From positions 1-33,225 of IMG/VR virus record IMGVR_UViG_3300037722_001728: DNA of 33,225 nucleotides. One strand, written 5' to 3'. A program made the translations under genes and the position numbers. The notes below the pieces were generated by a model that was given only the letters and a program-made list of their open reading frames with translations, was not told the origin of the DNA and did not search any database. This document shows positions 25,848 through 33,225 of this stretch, piece by piece. The DNA is from a virus. Lineage: Duplodnaviria; Caudoviricetes. How positions within the stretch are numbered: the stretch's first letter is position 1; each line of letters starts with the position of its first letter.

Positions 25848-28248
25848 AAACAGGATAAGCGTCGTTATCACCGCCGATCCAACCGGTGCCGTCACCGGTA
25901 TCCGGATGGTCGGGGACGAGACGGAGAAGATTACGGGGCGCACGCAGTCCTTAACCCAGCGCCTGAAATCCCACTGGGCCGAGGTGTCCGTTGGGATCTA
26001 CGCCGCCGTCAAAGCGTTCCAGTCGATCTGGGGCTTGATGGAAAAGGCCGCGCAGACCGACGAGGCGATGGCTTCCTTGGACGCCTTGACTCGGCAGTAC
26101 GGGATGACGGCGCAGGATTTAGTCTCGAAGATCGAGCAGGAATCCAAAGGCCTGATCGGGATGGGGGCCGCCGCCAAGGTTGCGGGGGATGCCTTGATGA
26201 AGGGTCTCGGACCCGATCAACTTACGCAGATCGCCTCGTGGTCGGTGTCGCTGTCACACATCAGGGCCGGCACCGTATCGACCGCCGATGCGTTTGAAAT
26301 GCTCTCCCGATCGATCGCTACGGGGCAGGAGCAGGGCTTGAAAGCCTTGGTAGGCATCGTCGACCTGGAAGCGAAGTACGGCAAATACGCCGACACGATG
26401 AGTAAAACCGAGAAGGCTCAGGCGATGTACACCATCGTGGCGGAGCGGATGGCGCAGGTGCAGGCGACGCTCGGAGATGACATGGACTCCGCGGCCGACC
26501 GGATGGAGCGGTTCAATAACTCGGTCGAGCGGATGAAGTATTTCGTGGGGAGCCTTCTTCTTATCGTCGGCCAGCCCTTCATGGCGATCTTCCAGGTCGC
26601 CATGACTTTTGTTTACGGCCTGGCGGGGGCGTTCGACACACTCGTCACCACTGGTGCGATGGTCACCGACTGGCTGGGTGTAACCGAAGGCGCCACGCAG
26701 CGTTGGGCAAAGAAGGCCGACACCGCCTACGGCAACGCGGCGAAGTCCGCGATGGACGCGCTGGCGAACATCAAAGGTGCGCTTGCAAGCCTTGGGGACA
26801 TGGGGAAGGCGGCGGGCGGTGTTCCTCTTCCCGCGATGGGCGGCGACGGGAATAAAAAGCAACTCGATCAACTTGCGGAACTGTACCGGAAGTACATCGA
26901 GGAGAAGGACCTTGCGTCGGCTGGCGAATACGACCGGGAGTTTATCAGGCTGAATATTTGGTTTAACGACGAGGTGAAGAAGCTTAACGACCTTCACGCC
27001 TCGAAGATCTATTACGACGCCCTGTATGTCGACTACTCGGCGAAGTGGGACGAGGCGGAAATCGCCCGATCCTTAAAAATATCCGCCATCGAATTAAAGA
27101 TGCACGAGGAGACGCAGAAAAGGAAGCTGGAGCTTACGCAGGCGATCGGGAAGGCCTCCCTCGACGCGCAGGAGCAGCGCATCCGGGCCGGGCAGGAGTT
27201 AAACGCTCTGGCCGTTACTACCGGCCATAACACAGAAATGCAGGGAATCGCGGAGAAAGCCGCATCCGAACGCGCCATCCTCGAAATCCAGCGGCAACGG
27301 AACTGGCTGGCAGCGGACGCCTTATCCGTCGAAGGGGAATTTGTAGGGACGGAAGCGCAGCTCCTGGAAATTCTCGGCAAGGAAGCAATCCTTCAGGATC
27401 AGATCGCCACGAGCAAGGCTACGGAGGCGTTCGAGCTATCCGCCCGGCGCGTGGAAGTGGAAGCGAAAATCGCGGATCTCATGCGGGAACAGCGGGATCT
27501 CCTTTTTGAACAGCAGACCGCCCGTACGCAGGAGGCCTTCGGAAAGATCGGCGGGAGCGAGTTCGGGCAGAACCTCGGGGTGGTCTCCGCCATCAACGCC
27601 GGGGAGGATCCGTACACAAAGGATTTCGAACGCTGGTCGGCCCTTCAGGACCAGAAGATCATGTACCTGGAAGAGATCGGAGCGTCCGAACAGCAGATCA
27701 AGGACGCCTACCGGGAGTACGACCTCCAGCAGGAGACAATCGCACAAGCGCAAAAGGTGGCGATGACCGCGGCCACCTTCGGAATGCTGGGCAGCCTCGC
27801 CAATTCCCTCTACACGATGCAGGGACAAAAAGGCGGCGCGGCGTTCGAGATGATGAAGGCGTATCGAATCGGCGAGACGGTCATGAACACCTACTCCGCC
27901 GCCGTGGGCGCTTACAATGCGATGGCGTCCATCCCCTACGTCGGCCCAGCTCTGGGGGTGGCCGCCGCCGCGGCGGCGATCGCGTTCGGCATGGCCCAGG
28001 TCCGGGCGATCGCCTCCTCGAAGCCCGGCGGATCGGGGGCGGTCGCATCCGTCGGCGGCGGCGGGGTGCCGTCGTCTGCCGGCTCGTCCGCTTCTCCTTC
28101 GCTGCCCGCTCGGCAAGCCGAGTCTCAAGGGCCGCGGCCCATTTCCGTCAACATCACCGTTCAGGGCGGTCTGTACGGCGACGCGGACGCCATCGCCCGA
28201 TCCCTCTTGCCGTATCTCAACAAAGCTACGGGGGACGGGGTTACGTGA
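25837..28248 (+). CDS. Tape measure protein
   Basis: 803 aa, Ala-rich and helical; N-terminal ISVVITAD; C-terminal IPYVGPALGVAAAAAA. Confidence 0.9.
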   Translation: MANENRISVVITADPTGAVTGIRMVGDETEKITGRTQSLTQRLKSHWAEVSVGIYAAVKAFQSIWGLMEKAAQTDEAMASLDALTRQYGMTAQDLVSKIEQESKGLIGMGAAAKVAGDALMKGLGPDQLTQIASWSVSLSHIRAGTVSTADAFEMLSRSIATGQEQGLKALVGIVDLEAKYGKYADTMSKTEKAQAMYTIVAERMAQVQATLGDDMDSAADRMERFNNSVERMKYFVGSLLLIVGQPFMAIFQVAMTFVYGLAGAFDTLVTTGAMVTDWLGVTEGATQRWAKKADTAYGNAAKSAMDALANIKGALASLGDMGKAAGGVPLPAMGGDGNKKQLDQLAELYRKYIEEKDLASAGEYDREFIRLNIWFNDEVKKLNDLHASKIYYDALYVDYSAKWDEAEIARSLKISAIELKMHEETQKRKLELTQAIGKASLDAQEQRIRAGQELNALAVTTGHNTEMQGIAEKAASERAILEIQRQRNWLAADALSVEGEFVGTEAQLLEILGKEAILQDQIATSKATEAFELSARRVEVEAKIADLMREQRDLLFEQQTARTQEAFGKIGGSEFGQNLGVVSAINAGEDPYTKDFERWSALQDQKIMYLEEIGASEQQIKDAYREYDLQQETIAQAQKVAMTAATFGMLGSLANSLYTMQGQKGGAAFEMMKAYRIGETVMNTYSAAVGAYNAMASIPYVGPALGVAAAAAAIAFGMAQVRAIASSKPGGSGAVASVGGGGVPSSAGSSASPSLPARQAESQGPRPISVNITVQGGLYGDADAIARSLLPYLNKATGDGVT

Positions 28249-29018
28249 CGATGCCGCCGGTCATCCTCGCGACGAATTTGCTTCCCCTTGGGACGCTCTC
28301 CGCGTCATCCGCCGCGGCGGGCTACTACGTCGAGAGCCTTTCCGACGGACTCGAATACACGCACTGGAAGGCGAACGCCGGCGGGTCGCAGTCCGTCACG
28401 CTCGACCTCGGCGCAGGCAACGCCCAGGCGGCGTCCGCCTTAGGGATCAAGAAGCACAACCTGAAGACCGTCTCCGCGACGGCATCGATGGAGAGCTCTG
28501 ACAACGGCGCCGACTGGACCACGCGCCTTGCCGGGTTCGCCCCGGCCACGGACAAGGCGATCCTCAAGACGTTTGCCTCCGCCACGGCCCGGTACTGGCG
28601 GATCAACATGACCGGCTGCACGGCCGCGCCGCAGATGGCCGTGACCGTCGTCGGGCCCCGCATCGACTTCCCGTATCCCCCGGATTCTCCCTTCGTCCCC
28701 TCCGAGGAGGGGATCGAGGGGGAGACCAACCGGAGCAAGCTCGGCGTGTTCCTGGGGGTGACGGTAAGGTGGAAGACCTTCCGGGTCCGCGCGAAGTGGT
28801 CGAACTTGACGCGAACCTGGCTCGATGCGAACCTTGCGCCGTTTTGGGACGGGCATGCCTCCAACCTGAAACCTTTTTTCTGGGGCTGGGACCTCTCTGT
28901 CTATCCGGACAAGGTCCACTACGGGGCGGTGCCGGACGGGTACAAGTGGCGACCGGACGTGAGTGTGCTCGCCTATTACGAGACCTTCGAGATCGAGATC
29001 GAGGGGGCGAAGGAGTAG
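28245..29018 (+). CDS. Distal-tail-like protein with discoidin/F5-8-like domain
   Basis: Follows the tape measure gene; VTLDLG...SSDNGADWT...ARYWRI pattern. Confidence 0.65.
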   Translation: MTMPPVILATNLLPLGTLSASSAAAGYYVESLSDGLEYTHWKANAGGSQSVTLDLGAGNAQAASALGIKKHNLKTVSATASMESSDNGADWTTRLAGFAPATDKAILKTFASATARYWRINMTGCTAAPQMAVTVVGPRIDFPYPPDSPFVPSEEGIEGETNRSKLGVFLGVTVRWKTFRVRAKWSNLTRTWLDANLAPFWDGHASNLKPFFWGWDLSVYPDKVHYGAVPDGYKWRPDVSVLAYYETFEIEIEGAKE

Positions 29019-29021
29019 ACG

Positions 29022-30011
29022 ATGGGACGGATTTTCGTGGAAGGCTTCGAGCACGGAAACCTCGCGTTCTGGCCCACGTCGTTGGGGGCGACGGTCGTGT
29101 CCTCGGCCGGGCTGGACATGGACGGCAACTACTGCCTGGAATGCACCGGTACTACTGACTTTGTACAAAGATCACTCTCCGCCGCAATCGAGCGATATTT
29201 CGCCTTCCGGTGGCGCCCGACGGGGGTGAATTCACTTGGCATATTATCCGTTCACAAGGGCAATACACCTCTGGTCCTTGTTAACGCCAATACGAGCGGT
29301 GTCTTCCAAATTTGGAAACCTACCGCCATGTTGGAAGTCTCCTCTGGGGGCTTGTGGTCGACTAATGTGACCTACAAGGTCGAAATCTATATCAAAATCG
29401 ACGACACCGTTGGCCGGGTCGTCATGAGGCTGAACGGCTTAACGGTTTTAGACTTCACCGGGGATACCAAGCCCGGGACGGATACCACGTTTGACTCGTT
29501 CCGGGTCGGGACGGCGACGGGTTTCACTCAAGGGCAATATGCCAATGCCTATTTCGACAACGTCGTGGTCGACGACACGGGATGGCCCGGCGACACCAAG
29601 ATCGCGGGGGTATTTCCGACCGGCGTGGGGAACTCGGCACAGTGGACGCCGTCGGTGGGAGCCAACTGGGACTGCGTCGAGGAGGTCCCGCCCTCGGACG
29701 CGGACTACATCACCACGAACACAGTCGGCCAGAAGGACACCTACGCCGCGAACAACCTGCCCTCGGACGCCTCGGCCGTCAAATGCGTCCAGTTCGCCGC
29801 GCGCGCGCAGAAGGAGGGGGCCGCGACGCCTCAGAACCTGTCCTTCGTCATCCGGAGCGGGGGCGTGGACTATGAGGGAAGCGCCGTCGCCCTGCCGACG
29901 GGCCTCTCCGAGCACGTCCGCGACATCTGGGTGAACAACCCGGCCACCTCCCAAGCCTTCACCCCGTCGGAAGTAAACGGCATGGAAATCGGCATCAAGG
30001 CCATCGCGTAA
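29022..30011 (+). CDS. Minor tail protein with lectin-like beta-sandwich
   Basis: EGFE...VEIYIK...YFDNVVVDD pattern; within the tail module. Confidence 0.6.
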   Translation: MGRIFVEGFEHGNLAFWPTSLGATVVSSAGLDMDGNYCLECTGTTDFVQRSLSAAIERYFAFRWRPTGVNSLGILSVHKGNTPLVLVNANTSGVFQIWKPTAMLEVSSGGLWSTNVTYKVEIYIKIDDTVGRVVMRLNGLTVLDFTGDTKPGTDTTFDSFRVGTATGFTQGQYANAYFDNVVVDDTGWPGDTKIAGVFPTGVGNSAQWTPSVGANWDCVEEVPPSDADYITTNTVGQKDTYAANNLPSDASAVKCVQFAARAQKEGAATPQNLSFVIRSGGVDYEGSAVALPTGLSEHVRDIWVNNPATSQAFTPSEVNGMEIGIKAIA

Positions 30012-30021
30012 GAAGGCGGCC

Positions 30022-32193
30022 ATGGCGGACCAGGTAAAAACAACCCAGGTTGGGGCGCAAGGCGAGTACGATCCGACCCCGCAGCAGAAGCTCTCCCAGC
30101 TCGGGGCGCAGGTCGAATATGCCCCCACGATTAGACAGACGATCACCCACCTGTTCGCGGGCGTGGAGTTCCAGCCGCCGCCGCTATGCCGCGTCTCGCA
30201 GTTCCGCGCCCAGGTGGAATTCATCGTCGGGCCGGTAGCGCCCGGGAACGTCTCGGCCGTCGGCGGGATCGGGCAGATCACGGTCTCTTGGGACGACGTT
30301 GCCGGGGCCGACTCGTACAACCTGTACTGGGGCTTTGTCGAAGGGATCACCAAGTCCACGGGGACGAAGATCGAAGGCGTCTCCTCGCCGTTCATCCACC
30401 CGTCGCTCTTGCCGGAGACGACCTACTACTATTTCGTGACGGTCGTGGACGAGGGGCTCGAATCGGGGGAATCCGCGGTCGTCAGCGCAACGACGGTGGT
30501 GCCGGTATCCGCGGGCCGCACGCCCCTTGCCCGGGTCATCATCACCCTCGACTTCTGCGGCCGCACCTTCGGGGTGGACCCGTGCCTGGCGACGGGCGTT
30601 CCCTGCTACAACACCTGGGCGACGTGCAAGTACTTCTCCGCGTTCCTGCGCCAGGACCGGGACTACCTGTTCTCCGAGCCGCCCCAGCCGTTCGACGACG
30701 TCCGGCCGTACGTCAAGGGCTTGAAGGTCTTGCCCACCGAGATCAAGAGCTCGCTCACCGTGAACTCGCGGATCAACGTCGAGTTCTACGACGACGCTTC
30801 CGACATCGACGTGCACACCGATCCGTACTGGAGCCAGCGCTCCTCCCACCCCGGGACGTTCTGGAAGCGCCTTCTCGCCCGCAATCCGAACTACCGGCGC
30901 AGGCGCATCCGGGTGTTCGAGGGGTTTTTAGGCGACAGCGACGAGTATTACAAGGAGCGGTGGAACGGGGTGCTGGAGAACATCACCCTCGGCCGCGGCG
31001 TGGTGCGCGTGGAGGCGGTCGACCTCCTGCGGGACTTATCCAAGATCGAGGTCCCCCCGAAGTTGGACAGCAAGCTCGCCGCGGACCTCGATGCGGCGAC
31101 CACTTTCGGTGCGACGCTCACCTCCGTGGAGGGGCTGGACGCCTCGGGCTACATACGGCTCGACGAGGAGGTGATCGGCTACGCCTCGATCAACACCGAG
31201 GCAAGGCAGATCCTGACGCTTGCCCGGGGAGCGTTTCGCACCGTGGCCGACGACCACGCGGTAAACGCCAAGGTCCAGAAGTGCCGCGTCTACGGCCCCG
31301 GGAACTGGTGCGACATCCTGAAGGACGATCTCCTGAAAACCGACGGGGGCCTCTCGGACGCGGACCTGAACCTCCCGTCGTTTACGGAGTCGCGGGAATG
31401 GCCCACCGGCGAGATCCTGTTCTTCGCCGTGGTGTCGGAACCGGTGAAACTCTCCGAGCTGGTGATGGAGATCGTGGATCTCCTGGACGCACGGATCTGG
31501 ATCGGGGAGGACCTGAAAGTCACCGTCCGCCGCAACGTGCCCAACGCTCCGGGACGTGAGTACCACGCGATCAACGACGAGAGCGGGATCCTCTCGGGAT
31601 CCGCCGGGATCGATCTGAACGAGAAGGCCAGGCTCACGCGGTGCGCAATCTACTGGGACAAGAACCCGATCGGGAAATTGGACGACGTCCTCTCCTATAG
31701 CCGCCTCGAGGTCGCGGTCGACGCGGGGGCGGAGAGTGCCAACGCGTACGGCGAGGTGATGGAGAAGAAGATCTTCTGCCGGTGGCTGTCGGCCACCTAC
31801 ATGCAGGAGGAGCTTGCGGCCCAGGCGGTGAAAAACTTGGCCGGGCGCAAGGTCCTCCAGGCCCGGGAAGGGCAGACGCTTGTCTCCTTCGATCTGGACT
31901 TGAAAGACAGCGCGATCAAGACCGGGGACTGGGTGCTGCTGACCACCGACGAGGTCCTGCTTCCGGACGGATCGCCGATCCCCGGGCTCTCCTTCCAGGT
32001 GGTGAAGCGCGAGATGAAGGCCGGCAAGGTCGGGTACCAGCTGCTCAAGATGAGCGACCGGCGATACTGCATCATCGGGCCTTCCGGCCAGCCGGACTAT
32101 ATGGCCGCGACCTCGGCGCAGCGCGAATATGGATACATCGCCGGGAGCGACGGGAAGATGAGCAACGGGGATCCCGGGTACCACCCCTATTAG
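30022..32193 (+). CDS. Tail tip/hub protein with N-terminal repeats and FN3 domain
   Basis: FN3 signature ITVSWDDVAGADSYNLYW...YYYFVTVV; Cys cluster CGRTFGVDPC...CYNTWATC. Confidence 0.7.
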   Translation: MADQVKTTQVGAQGEYDPTPQQKLSQLGAQVEYAPTIRQTITHLFAGVEFQPPPLCRVSQFRAQVEFIVGPVAPGNVSAVGGIGQITVSWDDVAGADSYNLYWGFVEGITKSTGTKIEGVSSPFIHPSLLPETTYYYFVTVVDEGLESGESAVVSATTVVPVSAGRTPLARVIITLDFCGRTFGVDPCLATGVPCYNTWATCKYFSAFLRQDRDYLFSEPPQPFDDVRPYVKGLKVLPTEIKSSLTVNSRINVEFYDDASDIDVHTDPYWSQRSSHPGTFWKRLLARNPNYRRRRIRVFEGFLGDSDEYYKERWNGVLENITLGRGVVRVEAVDLLRDLSKIEVPPKLDSKLAADLDAATTFGATLTSVEGLDASGYIRLDEEVIGYASINTEARQILTLARGAFRTVADDHAVNAKVQKCRVYGPGNWCDILKDDLLKTDGGLSDADLNLPSFTESREWPTGEILFFAVVSEPVKLSELVMEIVDLLDARIWIGEDLKVTVRRNVPNAPGREYHAINDESGILSGSAGIDLNEKARLTRCAIYWDKNPIGKLDDVLSYSRLEVAVDAGAESANAYGEVMEKKIFCRWLSATYMQEELAAQAVKNLAGRKVLQAREGQTLVSFDLDLKDSAIKTGDWVLLTTDEVLLPDGSPIPGLSFQVVKREMKAGKVGYQLLKMSDRRYCIIGPSGQPDYMAATSAQREYGYIAGSDGKMSNGDPGYHPY

Positions 32194-32208
32194 AAGGAGA
32201 GCCAAGGA

Positions 32209-33225
32209 ATGGCGTACGAAGCGCTGACACAGGCCGAATGCCAGCAGGACGAGCCGGTTACGACCGATCTCCTCCTGAAGATCAAGAACAACTTCGACTA
32301 CCTATACTCCATCATCGGCTCCGGCAGCGGCGGGGGCAGCGGGGGGGGAGGAGGCGGGATCCCGAACGGTTCCTTCGAGATCGACGAGGACGGCGACAAC
32401 ATCCCAGACACCTGGACGCGGTACCTCTATCCTGGCGGGTCCGCCGCCTACGACACGGACACGCCGATGCACGGCGCGAAGGCGTACCGGTTCACGCGCG
32501 CGGCGGGGTCGAACAACGGCGGCGGGTACCTGGAGAGCGACTACCTCGCGACGAGCGAGCTGTTCAACGGCTTGATCTGGGTCATCTACCGCTGCTCCGT
32601 GGCCGGCATAAAGGTGATGGTCCAGTTCCGGTTTTACGATAAGGCCAAGGTCGAGATCGGGCCGCCCACGACGGTCTTCTCGTCGACCAGCAACCCGACG
32701 ACTCGGACGAAGATTCTTTTAGGGTGCGTTCCCGTGGCGAACGCGCGGTTTTTCAAGGTCCGGTTGATCGGCGGATACACGGACACCGATGTCGCGGGCG
32801 ACACCTTCTTCGACGGCACGGGGATCTCGGATTTCGTGGGCAACCTGGCGGGCTCCGGAACGATCGCGGAACAGGTGCAAGTCGCTTCGGGCGCGTGGCA
32901 GGACAAGGGGTCGTTCCAGGTAAACGTCGGGACGCTGAGCGAGAATTGCGTCGTTCGCCTGCATTTCGCAGGCGAATTGCACTCGATGTACCCGTCGACG
33001 GGCGCCACCGCTTCTCAGCGGTTCCGGGTCGGCTCAAGCTACTCGGGCCAGGGTGACGTGCAGAACAACACCGCGTACCAGAAATTCTATTACTCCATCA
33101 CCTTGCCCGTGGGGACCTCGGGGGAACAGACCGTAAATCAGCAGCTCTATATCGACGTCCCCGCCGACGGAGCGTACGGACGGAAGGCGGACCATCAAGT
33201 GATGATCGAAGTGCTGGTGCCTTAA
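32209..33225 (+). CDS. Putative tail fibre/receptor-binding protein with CBM-like domain
   Basis: N-terminal anchor, Gly/Ser linker, IPNGSFE...W...FFDG carbohydrate-binding-like module. Confidence 0.6.
   Translation: MAYEALTQAECQQDEPVTTDLLLKIKNNFDYLYSIIGSGSGGGSGGGGGGIPNGSFEIDEDGDNIPDTWTRYLYPGGSAAYDTDTPMHGAKAYRFTRAAGSNNGGGYLESDYLATSELFNGLIWVIYRCSVAGIKVMVQFRFYDKAKVEIGPPTTVFSSTSNPTTRTKILLGCVPVANARFFKVRLIGGYTDTDVAGDTFFDGTGISDFVGNLAGSGTIAEQVQVASGAWQDKGSFQVNVGTLSENCVVRLHFAGELHSMYPSTGATASQRFRVGSSYSGQGDVQNNTAYQKFYYSITLPVGTSGEQTVNQQLYIDVPADGAYGRKADHQVMIEVLVP

Larger units (their letters stand above)
1..33225. mobile_element. Prophage (lambda-like head, non-contractile tail), right end not seen
   Basis: Recombinases next to a tRNA, then replication, packaging, head and tail genes in canonical order on the + strand. 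Confidence 0.9.

Noticed and set aside
32209-33225. Diversity-generating retroelement target
   Set aside because: No reverse transcriptase or template/variable repeat pair in the window; cannot be excluded downstream.

Overview
The window holds the left ~33 kb of a GC-rich temperate siphovirus-like prophage (lambda-type head, non-contractile tail) that sits directly downstream of the 3' end of a tRNA, probably tRNA-Asn. Left to right: (1) two closely related, divergently oriented large serine recombinases (LSRs) flanking a two-gene QatB-like / QueC(QatC)-like operon, whose QueC has an extra C-terminal, possibly winged-helix, domain; (2) a primase-polymerase/helicase replication module with a putative iteron origin and an excisionase-like HTH; (3) an AT-rich integron gene-cassette array with a promoter, an attI-like site, three cassettes and three related attC sites but no integron integrase. 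One attC is split by an IS110/IS1111 element whose non-coding end contains guide loops matching both the attC core and its own circle junction; (4) a putative cos site, a ParB-MTase, and a deleted IS1-family element with cargo genes; (5) terminase, portal, protease/scaffold, capsid and tail genes. No recognisable repressor, lysis genes or right attachment site lie in the window. All family calls come from motif recognition by eye; no database searches were run.
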